Positions 49,901-63,535 of a stretch of DNA of 64,000 nucleotides are shown one piece after another. The stretch's first letter is position 1, and every line of letters begins with the position of its first letter. Under the pieces are notes generated by a model that saw only the letters and a list, made by a program, of their open reading frames with translations, was not told where the DNA came from and did no database searches. The stretch lies in the NCBI RefSeq assembly GCF_001194135.2, contig NC_068983.1, positions 122,899,435 through 122,963,434 of the forward strand. The letters run 5' to 3'. A program made the translations under genes and the position numbers. The stretch is from Octopus bimaculoides. Taxonomy: Eukaryota.

Positions 49901-50312
49901 TTGGTACAAACTTAAAGGCAATGCGATCGTAAAAGGCTTGCGAGAAGTAATCTTTCAGCAAATTGAGATGACAGTTAGGTTTCAGTATATTTTTGAAACC
50001 AATTCACTTCACCTTTGCTAGCTTAAAACCTTAGTAAAATTACTCAAGCGTTAAGATTCCAGAGCTAATGTCTTAAGGTGCAATCACTAGACAGTTGATA
50101 ANNNNNNNNNNTGGGTTGATTTCGATTTCAGATCAAGTAATTTCGATTTACAAACGTCACTGGCGCTTTTGGTAACAACATAAATGTTACAGTATTTCAT
50201 TTTACTTCGACAATAATGTTGCTTAAATCAAAAGAAAGCAAATAGGAAACCTTTCTAAGGATTAAAAAAAATAACCTACATACTTATATTACTTTATGAT
50301 GCTTATAAAGAA

Positions 50313-50590
50313 AGCGGCGAGCTGGGAGAAACGTTAGCGCATCGGGCGAAATGCTTAGCGGTATTTTGTCTGCCGTTACGTTCTGAGTTCAAATTGCGCT
50401 AAGATCGNNNNNNNNNNCTGCCGTTACGTTCTGAGTTCAAATTGCGCTAAGATCGACTTTGCCTTTCATCCTTTCGGGGTCGATTAAATAAGTACCAGTT
50501 ACACACTGGGGTCGATATAATCGACTTAATCCATTTGTCTGTCCTTGTTTGTCCCCTCTGTGTGTAGTCCCTTGTGAGCAGTGAAGAAAT
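50313..50590 (+). mobile_element. tRNA-derived SINE (GGCGGCGAGCTGG family), CpG-retaining copy
   Basis: Homologous to 14676-14897; interrupted by a 10-N gap. Confidence 0.85.
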
Positions 50591-51914
50591 AGATGCTTAT
50601 AATTAAGAACGTTAGGTAAATAGAAGGGGAAAAATCGTATTTTAATGATGTATAAATTGAAAAGTTTGAAACTCAAAATGATGGTTGTTAATACCAGTGC
50701 ACATTATTGCCGTCTTGTACTTGGATTAACGTCTGTTTTCATCTTAATTACGATCGTTATTTCTCCGATTTAGTATCGTCGCCGCTGTTTTCATCATCAC
50801 CATTATCGTTGTTGTCTTCATCATCACAATGAGATTAATGAGACATCATCTGAAAATATTAGTCTTGTAAGCAGTCAGAAGAAATCACTCTTAAAATCGC
50901 AGGGGAATAAGTATCGCAGAGTGAAGTATTAAAACCCTCTGGGTTGATTTCGATTTCAGATCAAGTAATTTCGATTTACAAACGTCACTGGCGCTTTTGG
51001 TAACAACATAAATGTTACAGTATTTCATTTTACTTCGACAATAAAGTTGCTTAAATCAAAAGAAGGCAAATAGGAAACCTTTCTAAGGATTAAAAATAAT
51101 AACCTACATACTTATATTACTTTATGATGTTTATAATGAAGGCAGCGAGCTGGGAGAAACGTTAGCGCATCGGGCGAAATGCTTAGCGGTATTTTGTTTG
51201 CCGTTACGTTCTGAGTTCAAATTGCGCTAAAGTCGTAGTGGGTGTAAAGTAAAGTAAAGTAAAGTAAAATAAAATATTTAGAAAAATAATAATTTATTAA
51301 CAACAAAAATCTAATAAAATAAGTACGTAAAACGACATGTAAAAGTAGACAAAATTTAATTTGTTTGGATTACCATGTGAACAATATTAACAAACGATTT
51401 AACGATATAGACATTTTAAAATAGATTTTTATTAATTCAAATGCTTTCATTACTTTCAGGATTGTTGTTGCGTTTTTGAAACTTACCCCAAATGACTGGG
51501 GGGTTTTTTTTTTTGAGAAAAAGATGAGAAAAAAAAGAATACTCAAAATAAAAGTCACAAGTGGTGGTCATCTTTGCTGATACAAATTATTCAGTAAAGT
51601 CTGTAAATATGCCGCGGAAAAAGAGAATACTGACGCTAAGTTTGAGAGAGAAAAACGGGAGAGAAAGAGAGCGAGCAAGAGCAGCGCGCGCGTGTGAAAG
51701 AGAGAGCGGGAGAGGGAGGAAAGGAGAGAGAGCTTATGTGTATTTGAAAATATTTATGCAGTAATGATGAGAATATATATGTTAGGAGTGGGGGTAAGGA
51801 GGAAGGGAATAGCGATACTAAAACCGAATGTCAACAGTAGACCAGGAGCTAAAGCGGCGAGCTGGCAGAAACGTTAGCACGCCGGGCTAAATGTTTAGCG
51901 GTATTTCGTCTGCC

Positions 51915-53400
51915 TGTTATTGAAAATTTATTGTTGGAGTGTGTTCGTAAAGTAAGTTTCTGTTAATTGTTTTATCGCTATACCACTTGTTGTGCCTACT
52001 GTTGGACTTATTGTTTAAAAATTCTATTATAGTTTTCTTTCGAAAGCTATCTGTGGTTTTCCCCTGTGGGGGAAAACATTAATTACTGGCAAGATGCCGA
52101 AAAGTGTGTCTTCGACGGGTGAAGATTCATCGACCGAGCGGGAAGCAAGGAAGATTGAAAGTTTAAATTTTGATAACACTTCTGATGTTTCGGAAAGTCA
52201 ATTCCCTACATTACCAAAAGTTACGGGTACCAAAAGAAATATAGAAGCAAAGACCATTCAAAATGAAGAAAGAAAAAGTTTTGCGTCCGCAGCTGGTAGT
52301 GGAACGCGACAGCTGTCAACTGACAAAAAAGAATTATTAAAATAAAAGGAAATGATAACAGTACGAGAGGGAGTGGTAAAAGTGAAAATACCAGAACAAT
52401 TAACAGCAGAAAAAAGGAAAATTATTATTTTTAAGACATTCTACTTAAAAGCTCGAAGAATTGATTGACAAAATATGTGAGCAGAAAATTGAAAAATGTT
52501 TAAAACCCATCTGGCAGGACATTACTTACCTAGCCAGTGGGAAGAAGTTTGAAACCATCGTGGTGAGGTTCAAGAACACAAAAACGGCACAACAGCACTC
52601 TGTAAAATCATTAGAATCGGAAGACATGATATTAATCCCATAGGAATGAGAACATCTAAGGTTAGAATACCAAGAATTCCACCCGGAGTAAACCCTATGT
52701 GCTTGATGGCGGCAGTCCTGGCAAACAAGGAGGATAATATAAACCTCCTGCAGGCTACCGTCTCAACCTGCTATTGCAAGCAGAGCAGAAAATTTTAGAA
52801 CAGCTCCCAGAAATAGTAGAAGTAGGGGAGGAAGTTGTGAATATTTTTATTGTAAAGAAGGTGAAGAAGAATCGGACGGTGAGGAGGAAGAAAGAGAGAG
52901 AAAGTGAAGGAAAAATAAACAACAAAAGGAAAATGGAAGGCTCGAACCAGCAAAAGCAGAGCGAGCCGAGACTTAAAAAGACAGCCAAGAGAGACAGACC
53001 GAGGACAGCGGAGCGGGTGACAGACAGAGGAATAGTTGCACTACACAGCAAAAACGAGGACTTAATGCGTGAATTGGCAAGGGCAAACCCTGGTTATGAT
53101 TATCCAGGGATCTCCGGAAGACATCGAAAATATAGTAGAAACCATCGCTATAGAAGACGTGATAATCAGGGTCATAATGGAGGGCAGGACCCCGCGTTGC
53201 TACAAGTGTGACCTAAAAGGCCACATTAGAGCGGACTGTCCTCCGAACAGACAGGACACTACAGTGTTTAAATGCAATGAAGACTTTGAATACTGGGAGA
53301 AAGCAATGGACACCAATCAAGTACCAAAGTATATAAACTATCTTGATCTCCGAGAGGTTTACAAAATTGACATTCTACAGCAAGGCGGAGTTGGAACGAA
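51915..53400 (+). mobile_element. L1/Tx1-like LINE 5' fragment (UTR and disrupted ORF1)
   Basis: Frameshifted ORF from 52094 ending in a CCHC knuckle VIMEGRTPRCYKCDLKGHIRADC; similar to 57564-57953. Confidence 0.7.
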
Positions 53401-53639
53401 TTTAGGTCGTATTAACAGAATAAATAAAGTCGCTCGGAGGTGGGGTCGGAAAGCTTCCATTCATCTTTTCATTTTCAATTTCATCTCACTTTTCTTTCGT
53501 TTTTTTGTCCCCCCCCCCCACCACCACCACCATGTTTTGTGTTGTCCTTTCTATGTTTACACCTGGTGGGAAATAAAGAATAACTTTGGTTCCAGACCTT
53601 TTAAGGTCTAGCCACTGACCACACAAGACAGCCAATTCC

Positions 53640-54110
53640 AGCTATCTCTCTCTTCACCGTCAACATCGTCAACATCATCTCTCTACGTACACAGCACAAC
53701 AAACTCGCCCAGGTTTCAACGCTTCAATTCACCGTTTGTGAGTTAGCTCCACGGAATAACAGTGAATATACAACCTGTGAGGATTCCTGTATCACGTGAC
53801 CGGCTCAGCATCACAGCCACAACTTCAGGTACGATACGTACCGCAACCGTCTCCGCATTACAGCCACAACGTCTTGATGCAGCATCGCAACAGCCCAGGT
53901 ACAGTTGATCACGAACTGGTATTCTAGTTCCTGTGTCCTTGAACATCAAACTTCTCATTATAGACTCTTTCCCTGTCTTCGTCTTCATTGCCATATAGGT
54001 ACAACGCAACGTATACACCTATGCTCACACACACACAGATACATGTAAATATATCAATAAATCTTTCATAAGCATTCTACGCTGTTGTGTCTCTTTTCTC
54101 CCTGCACACA
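53640..54110 (+). mobile_element. Possible LTR-retrotransposon 3' remnant
   Basis: SRTGILVPVSLNIK resembles Gypsy integrase tails; AATAAA and ...CACACA downstream. Confidence 0.3.
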
Positions 54111-55996
54111 TGTCGCGTTACATCTTCCATATATTGAAAGGACCGTGTGTTGTCCAACATCAACTCTCATTATCTCACATCACACATTACATTACCATTA
54201 TTTCTAACTTGTGCATAAGGCCACACATTTTAGGAAAGGAAAATAATGCTGCAGCGTTTTAAAGTTATATTGATTCATAAGACCATGACGTTAATGCAAG
54301 GTTAACCCTGTACAAGTTCTAAAGAAATCTACTTTTTGGATATTTGTGCAGATTAACAACAAATTTTAATTACAAACTGAAGAATTGTTTTAGGTTTATC
54401 AGTCAAATATTTTCCTGCTTGATTAAAATCTTTTAAAATTAGTTCTCAATGGGTGGCAATATCTCCGGGGGTGTGAGGTTTAGCAAGGGGCGGAAAATTT
54501 TCCTTGTTCAAAGACATTAAGATGGTTTTAAACTTTTGAAACATATCCAACACCATGGTGAAGAAAGGGGAATTATACGCTTGCAAACCAAATTTTATTT
54601 CTTTATAAACAAAGTGCAAACAATTTCATTAATATTTTGGATTGAGGGCTGGTATTTATCAATTTGAGAACCGCTGTTCTAAACAATATATTGATATTTG
54701 ATAGAACTTAACAAAATTAAATATTAATCCTCCGAAAACAATACAGATTACGAACTACTTTGCAACCGAAATTAGTAGAAAATATCGGGCAGAAAATAAA
54801 TATGCTGGCTTATTATCTCTGCTAAATAATATTATTGATTACTTACAAGATCCTGTCCAAGAAAGACGGTTTGGATAATTATTTCCATCGAATTTGATAT
54901 TTGATACTGTTTCGTTTTGTTTTCATTTGAAATAACTTTTGAAACTAAAACATATATCTACAGACAATGTAAGATTAGAGCTGATAAGATATTTTGTTGC
55001 TAATTTTGTTTTTACGCATGGGAATAGTTTTATAAATACAATGTCGTTATTTGTCCAAGTTATAAATTAACATAACAGTCGACCATAGTGTAATATAATG
55101 AGATATCATTATTTCTCTTTTGTTTTCAAAGAGTACTCCTAAAATATAAAGTATCATGAAATAAATTGTGATTAGGGAACATTTCTTTTGCAATCACAAG
55201 GATATATACAACTGTATTTTTCAGAACTAATGTAGTTTTACACATCTCCTTGAAAAATGCTGTTTTTTTTTAAATAGTTTTTCGGATTCCTACGTTTTAG
55301 ATGTTTTAGATGTTGGAGATTATCCCCCCCCCCCACTCCCTCACAATTTAAAATCTTGAACTTTTTCCGAAATTTCTTTTTAAAACTACCTTTTCCAAAT
55401 TTAAAATGTCCACTGCAACATTTCCTTCCTCCGAATTTCAAATTTTTAAAATTTCACCCCGCCTCTCCGACGGATCTTACGAACAGTCATCCCCCACTCA
55501 AAAAAAAAAAAACAAACAAACAAACATTTCCGATTTTTTTCATTTTCAGCAGGTTCTTATGTTTTCGATGACAGATTCCGAATATGTAAGAAACCACGTA
55601 TTCAAAATTTTAAATTCAATAAGTATATAGTTATGTGTGTATATATATCTACATATAAAAACTGTCCTACGAACGGGAACGTGAAATTCTGAGTAACAGC
55701 TTTTGTCATATTTCTACTGCTTTTAAATAAAGTATATATATATATAAATAATACAAAATGGGACAAGGACGCAAAACATCCAGACAGGTGATACAAGAAA
55801 GGGACAACAAAACTCCAGATAGACGAGACAAAGAAAACAAGGACAGGTCATTCGGAGTTTTCTTTCCTCAGTCGAGATCCAGATTATCTTTGGTATCTCG
55901 GCTGGTTATTCTCGATATTGCTCCAACCTAGCCAACCCCAAGGAAAAACTAAGCTAAGAGCATTAGATTCCTTGGAAGAAAGCAGCGGATGTGTAC

Positions 55997-56903
55997 AAAA
56001 ACAAGGACGGAAAAAAACAAACAATGTTACACAAATACAATAAAAATAATAACAAGACATAACAACAGATGTCTACGACTAAGGACAAATCAAATTAAGC
56101 TGGCGTGTGTGGAAATAAAGCCTTACGGCAGGGATACAAGATTTCACAGGCACAGGGAGGAATATCGATGTTGCACGCACAACGGCCTGCCAAGAAAGAA
56201 AGATCAGCCTTGGCCGAACGCCGGTCACGTGAGAAGAGAGAGAGCGAGAGAGAGAGGTAGAGTCAGAGGGACAAAGGAATTAAGGAGGAGCGAGAAAAAA
56301 TGACAGGGACACAATGAAGTGAAAAGTGGAGGAAAAGTGAGTAAGAAGAGAAGGCAAGGAAATGTGAGCGAGGGGGAACGAAAGAACGAAGAGTGGAATG
56401 AACGAATAAGGGTCGCGTACGTACACTATGTCTCTTATCTGTAAGTATACATTTTTTCTAAATCTTGTATGACTCTATTTCTGTCTATCATCCCCTTCAC
56501 CCTTATTCGTTCATTCCACTCTTCGTTCTTTCGTTCACCCTCGCTCACATTTCCTTGCCTTCTCTTCTTGCTCACATTCCCTCCACCTTTCATTTCACTG
56601 TGTCCCTGTCATTTTTTCTCGCCTCTCCTTAATTCTTTTGTCCCTCTACCTCTCTCTCTCTTCTCTCCTCACGTGACCGGCGTTTGGCCAAGTCTGATCT
56701 TTCTTTCTTAGCCGGCCGTTGTGCGTGCAACATCGATATTCCTCCCTGTGCCTGTGAAATCTTGTATCCATGCCGTAAGGCTTTATTTCTACACACGCCA
56801 ACTTAAATTAATTCGTCTTTAGTCGAAAGACATCTGTTGTCATGTCCTGTTATTATTTTTATTGTATTTGTGTAACATTGTTCGTTTTTTCCGTCCTTGT
56901 TTT
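55997..56903. repeat. Inverted repeat: arms 55997-56413 and 56499-56903, 85-bp spacer
   Basis: Arms are reverse complements over about 410 bp with scattered mismatches and indels. Confidence 0.92.
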
Positions 56904-57329
56904 CTTTGTATCGTCTATCTGGATGTTTTGTTGTTCNNNNNNNNNNNNNNNNNNNNNNNNNNNNNNNNNNNNNNNNNNNNNNNNNNNNNNNNNNNNNNNN
57001 NNNNNNNNNNNNNNNNNNNNNNNNNNNNNNNNNNNNNNNNNNNNNNNNNNNNNNNNNNNNNNNNNNNNNNNNNNNNNNNNNNNNNNNNNNNNNNNNNNNN
57101 NNNNNNNNNNNNNNNNNNNNNNNNNNNNNNNNNNNNNNNNNNNNNNNNNNNNNNNNNNNNNNNNNNNNNNNNNNNNNNNNNNNNNNNNNNNNNNNNNNNT
57201 ATACCGGAGTAAGCACAAAAATGTGAAACAAGGTGGAAATAGAGTACTCAAATACCAGAGGTAGAATAAAATGCTTTATTTAAAAGCACCAGAAATATAA
57301 CGCGTAGGGTGTCCACGATTCCACATAGT

Positions 57330-57960
57330 CAGCTACACGGATCACAAACTTGTGACGTGTACGCTAGACTTAGATAAAGCACATAGGCAGGGTCCCGGTT
57401 ACTGGAAACTGAACGCATCTTTCCCGTCGAGACAGGTTTTCAAAGATCGGATTAGCACGCTACTGAAGAGGGCTTTGACGGGAGCCATCATCAACAACAA
57501 ATGTGTGGGTAGTAAGGGTTCTTTTTTCTTTTCACTTTTTCCTTGTTGTAATTGTTGTTTTTGTTACTTTTCTGTTAGGCACTTCGTCTTTAGGTGCTCT
57601 TCGCTGCCACACGGATAACAGCGAAGTTTCCTACCTTCTACCACTACGTATAGATTATGGCCGTCTGGCCGCTCAATTTGGTGTGGGACGCTATTTATTG
57701 AGTCCTCATCTATCTGCATCAGCGACTGAATAGTTTTTCCCGACCAATTTTGTTGCTCTAAGACAACAATCTTTAGTATATTTTTGTTGTCCATTTTGTA
57801 ACAAATGGCGGACAACAGCCATTGTGTCTCTACTCTCGGAGGGACATTTTTTATTGAGATTTTGGTCACACGTTGGGGTGCGTATAGAGAGTTCTTTGGC
57901 ATTTTCTTCGCTTTTGAAGCGAACTTGTATATCTCTTCGCATATCTCTTCCACCAGTTCA
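57330..57960. mobile_element. Rearranged L1/Tx1-like fragments
   Basis: Plus 57352-57505 GPGYWKLNAS (ORF2 endonuclease end) fused tail-to-tail to minus ORF1 57564-57953 (VVVEGRKLRCYPCGSEEHLKTKC). Confidence 0.7.
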
Positions 57961-58739
57961 CATAATTCTTATATGCCCATATCGGACGCAAGCATTTATA
58001 CATATATATATACGCACACACACATATATATATACATGTATATGCATATACATATACATATATATACATATATATATCTATCTATATATATANNNNNNNN
58101 NNNNNNNNNNNNNNNNNNNNNNNNNNNNNNNNNNNNNNNNNNNNNNNNNNNNNNNNNNNNNNNNNNNNNNNNNNNNNNNNNNNNNNNNNNNNNNNNNNNN
58201 NNNNNNNNNNNNNNNNNNNNNNNNNNNNNNNNNNNNNNNNNNNNNNNNNNNNNNNNNNNNNNNNNNNNNNNNNNNNNNNNNNNNNNNNNNNNNNNNNNNN
58301 NNNNNNNNNNNNNNNNNNNNNNNNNNNNNNNNNNNNNNNNNNNNNNNNNNNNNNNNNNNNNNNNNNNNNNNNNNNNNNNNNNNNNNNNNNNNNNNNNNNN
58401 NNNNNNNNNNNNNNNNNNNNNNNNNNNNNNNNNNNNNNNNNNNNNNNNNNNNNNNNNNNNNNNNNNNNNNNNNNNNNNNNNNTATGTATGTATGTATGTA
58501 TGTATGTATATATATTTGAAAACACTGCAAGTAGTGTAATAATTTAAGGGGGGTCTTATTTAAGTTTTGTTTTTTTTGTGTTGGCTTGGTTAGAGGATGA
58601 CTTTTTCCAGAGCTCTCGTAACTTTTGCAGGGAAGGAAGAAGCCTTCAAAGCCGAGATCTGGCATAAATGCTTTGCGATGGAGTTAACTCCGTTAAATAA
58701 TCTGTAGGGCATCGGTTTAACACCACGAAACAAGTTTCA

Positions 58740-59265
58740 TCGTATTCATGGACTTCAACGTAGTTTGCATCTACCAAATTTTACTCAGTAAGCTTTAGTG
58801 ATCCTGGATACATGGTAGAACATACTTTCCGAAGCTGCTGCACCTTGTGGAATTGAACTTGAAACCATATGTTTGCGAAGCAAACTTCTTACCTACACGG
58901 CCTGTATGGGTTCATTGTGGAGAGCGTGTCATCTGACTTTTTCCGGATGGCACGTGTAAAGACATTCGAGCGAGATCGTTGCCAGTGCCGCCGAACTGGC
59001 TCCTGTGCAAGTGGCACGTAAAATACACCATTTTGAGCGAGGCCGTTACCAGCACCGCCTGACTGGCCTTCGTGCCGGTGGCACGTAAAAGCACCCACTA
59101 CACTCTCGGAGTGGTTGGCGTTAGGAAGGGCATCCAGCTGTAGAAACTCAGCCAAATCAGATTGGAGCCTGGTGTAGCCATCTGGTTTCACCAGTCCTCA
59201 GTCAAATCGTCCAACCCATGCTAGCATGGAAAGCGGACGTTAAACGACGACGATGATGATGATGA
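58740..59265. mobile_element. Adjacent SINE-like repeats
   Basis: Minus copy of the 33043 family (58740-58890) and a well-preserved plus copy of the GGCATCCAGCTGTAG family ending in (GAT)n. Confidence 0.8.
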
Positions 59266-59989
59266 AAGGTTAGAGCGTGTGAATAGGATAACAAACTGAG
59301 AAGAGAGCGAACTACTTTTCTGCTTTGGATTGTTTTCGTTTAATTTTTCTAGAAGGTTACGGGCCTACCAAGTATACAGTGAAATCAATTTGCAGATATA
59401 TTTTCTACGAGTCCACAGATTGATAGAATCTGTTTTCTTGATGTTTGATATTTATGGAATCCGCTCTCCATTCAGCCATAATAAATGTTCCTTTCCAATT
59501 TGTATAAATTCTGTTTGAGATTTGTTGCATCTTTTCTTCGAGTACCGATTCACTTCTAAGAGGTAGTGTTTGTTGTGGTTGTGTGTCCTGCTTATGTTTC
59601 TTTGGTTACCAAAGCACTTAATTATCAGGAGTTTGACTATGAGAAAGGATACTTGCTTTATTCTAAGAAAATAACTACAATTTATTTGTAGAGCCTCTGA
59701 TCATATTAAATCTTTTTCTTTAACAACGTTAAGGATATGATCCTTCCTTTTATAAAAATAGTTGTAGTAATGTAAATTTAAGTACACTAGCACCTTTTTC
59801 CATTCAAGAGCAACTGCTTCCAATAAAATCAAACTTTAAGTTTGTTAAATTCTCTTATAGCACCTCATATACAATCTTGACTAATTTACGATCAACAAAA
59901 ATCTTACACGCACCTACTTTTAATTAAGAAAATGTAATTTAGGAAATTAACAAACAAGATTAAACTCAATATAATGTTAGCTTTTGAAA

Positions 59990-60175
59990 TGCAGCGAGCT
60001 GGCAAAATGCTTGGCGACATTTCATTTGTCTACTTTCTGAGTTCACATTCCATCGAGGTCGACTTTGCTTTTTATCCTTTCGGAGTCGGTAAAATAAGTA
60101 CCAGTTGAGCACTGGGGATCAATGTAATCGACTTACCTCTCCGAAATTAATGGCCTTGTGTCAAAATTTGAAACC
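59990..60175 (+). mobile_element. tRNA-derived SINE (GGCGGCGAGCTGG family)
   Basis: Homology to 14676-14897. Confidence 0.75.
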
Positions 60176-63100
60176 ATTATTATGTTAACCTTTGGACTTA
60201 GATGAGTGTCTGCTATTAAAAAAATTAAGTTACTATTCATGTCAAAATATTCATACTACAGTATGAAACGATGGCATAATCAGAATCTATGCAAGTAACG
60301 AGGATTTTTATGCCCTTTAGACTTCTAACTGAAATGTTAAGGAGTTTGATTTAATAAAACGTATTAAAAGTAAAATCTAATATACCGCGTTGAAAATTCA
60401 ATAAAATACTTAATTGAAACAGTGGNNNNNNNNNNACTTGACTTGAAACTGATTCACTCATCACAGCGACTCCTTTTAACTTAAATCTTAATATTCATTA
60501 AAAGTTGATGAAATCAATTAGTAGTCCCATAGGCACATTTTTCTTTGATTATTTTAAAGTTTGTTAAAGCATCTTGGATGATTATATTCCAGCTATAAAA
60601 CTGTGTACGCCTCTCGAACTTTACATAAACCCTACCAATAATAGCAAATTATATTAAATAGATTGGAGACAGATACTTTTGAGCTTAAAATTAACATCTT
60701 TCAAAACCTAAATAATAATAAAAAAAAATTATCAATACCTTTTCAGAACAAAATAAGTCTTTGTAATTTGCAGTTAAACACTGAAAGCAAAACTCATCAC
60801 AGAATATGTTATTTAAAAATCTAGCCGATATTCTCATTATTGTAACGAAAGTACGTCTTTTCACAATAAAAAAATTGCCTAGCAAAGCATTGTAAGAAAC
60901 TTTTGTTTAGGTTTATAAAACCCATTCGACTCGTTTTCACGCTATTTTCTCTATTATCATAAAATGACAAGAAAGAAATTAGTTAGCATAAAATTGTTAT
61001 TCACAACTACCTAAAGGATTCAATACATTGTGAAAGGAAAATAAATGAATTATGCGTTTGATTATTACATATTTCCCATGCATGAATGGTTGAGTAACAT
61101 CTGTTGTTATGTATGAGGTAGTATTATTTTATTTCACGATGACTGAGCAATTTGTCTGTCTTGTCTTTGTTATTCCTTCATTTATTCTAAGCACATTTAT
61201 TTAGATTCTTTGAAATATCAAAATATTAAAAATGGCCTATGATTTATGAACACAAGTAATTAAAAATATTTATATTGACTGGTACACGCACGTCCATAAA
61301 TATTTAAACACAGAAATTCTTTTAAAAGTAAACAGTGTTATTCATGCGTACAAAGTTGTCTTTTATATATTTGAACATATGCCTTTATGCTGCAAATACC
61401 ATTATTCAGAGATTTTTTATTGTTTTTAAAAATTGTGTTTTTATAGTTAAGATTGCTGAAGACTCACATAATAGTACAATTTCAGTAAATATTTTAAATG
61501 AGGTCAATGATATATTTTTAAAGACATAATTTACTTGATTAGCTGGAGTTGGTGAATTTCAGTGATTACAATACCTTACTTGAAAATATTCGAAAACTTC
61601 ATGAGTTGAAGATTTGTTTCGAAGGTATGATAAAATGTTTTCATGGTTTCTTTTTTCACTGATACAGCATTCACATTAATTTAGCAGCGTTTACTGTCAA
61701 ATACAAATATGCATTTCATTGAGACAGAATTACAAAGATTTGTGTGTGTGGTCAATATCATGAAGAAATATGTCTATCTTGATATCACTTCTCCCCAAAT
61801 AATTACTATAAATAATGAAGAGCTTCACTTACTCAGTAACTCAGTTAACACATTTAGCAGATTCCAAGAGGAAGTTTGATCACTGATATATTGCAATATC
61901 ACGAAAGACGGTTACATGACAATGATTCTACTATATCATAGTGATAGTGTAGCACCAGGGTAGCCGGCAGACAAAGTCTGAGGAATGCTACAGATATAGC
62001 TTTTTGGTATAATTGTTATCAGTATTGATTCCTTGATATTTGAAAAGAATATCTAGTTCGAAGGCTAAGGTGTCTGTGGAAACAACAACCTACCCAAAAT
62101 TGATTTGTTTAGTAAAGTAACTGGAGTGAGCAGAAAAAGAAGGTATAATAAAATATAGTATCAGAGGAGCTTGAAATAGATTTTTGTCGATTTGCTGAAA
62201 ACTCAGTATGCTTGAGAAACAATGGCTTATGGGAGATTCCTATCAGTTTGACATTAAAAGACACGATCATGTTTGCAAAATCCTCAGTTTGTTACTACGG
62301 AAATTGTAAGACGGTTTTTAAATTTCTCCAATGAAGGAGTCAATCTCGAATTTAAATAAATAATGATACAGCATGCTGGAATATTCTTTCAAGAATGATC
62401 TGTGTGAAGCTTCGGCATATTTTGCAGCGTCTTTTTACCTACAGAACAAAATTTCATCCTTCAAGTAATGAAAAACTATGAAACACTTATAGTTGTAATT
62501 TACAAGATATGAACCCAAATATTTTATAAATATTTATTAGGAATCATTTAAGAATCATTCTGTTTAAATGTATATTGAAATTTTACTCACCAGTCGTCAA
62601 AAGTAATTTCTTATTCATCAATGTAAAATGTAATTGCATTCATTTCTTGATTTGTTGTTCTGAAGGTAAGGATTATATGCTACATTCATCGGGTGTGTAT
62701 GTGGATTTATATTCCTGCCTCTAAGTCAAATTTCACTAGTAACGCTATTTACATAGGAATTACCTGTAGAAGTCAGTATTTGTTTATTATAATTTCTAAT
62801 TCACGGGTTTTTCAGATATCCTTAGTATATGAGTTGCTACTGTTTTCGAAGATAGCACTTTATACACATTGTGGTATATAACATTGTTTGACATACAGTT
62901 ATAAGTAATATCTTCCAAAGTCTGTTAGACAATTGTTTCACCATCCTATTCTTATCTACATTACCAGCAAATGAATTCTTGTCAAGGACAAGATAAGTAA
63001 AGATCTACTGAGTTCTATGACTGTAGTACAACTGGTAATTCTACCTCTATTAACTACACGATTGACTACCTATGAAATCTTAACAAGTTTCATACGTTGT

Positions 63101-63182
63101 AATCTGCAAGAAGAAACAGTTGATGTTATTTTTATAGAATAGCGTTGGACTAAACCTACCCGCTGCGATTTAGTTTAATAAA

Positions 63183-63535
63183 TGCAGGAGTGGTTGTGTG
63201 GTATGAAGTTTGCTTCCTAACCACATGGTTTCCGGTTCAACCCCACTGCGTGACACTTTGAGCAAGTGTCTTCTATTATAACCTTGTGAGTGGATTTCGT
63301 AGACAGAAACTGACAGAATCCCATCGTATATATTGGTGTGTGTCTGTGTGATCACTGCTGGACAACTGGTGTTGGTGTGTTTATGTCCAGTTAACGGCTC
63401 AGTAACAAGAGAGCGATAGAATAAGCACCAGGCTTTCAAAAAATAAGTACAATGGTCGATTTGTTCGACCAAAATTCTTCTCCGTCGTGTTCCAACATGG
63501 CAGCAGTTTACTGACTGAAACACATAAAAGATAAA
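63183..63535. mobile_element. Two SINE copies in opposite orientation
   Basis: Plus copy of the 33043 family (63183-63330) followed by a minus SINE-like repeat. Confidence 0.65.

Noticed and set aside
33731-58665. Long ORFs containing X runs (for example 37950-39089, 40344-41253, 41753-42686, 57805-58665)
   Set aside because: They are open only because they cross N gaps and microsatellites
61955-61995. Kringle-like PWCYT motif on the minus strand
   Set aside because: A stop follows within four codons and the rest of the cysteine pattern is absent
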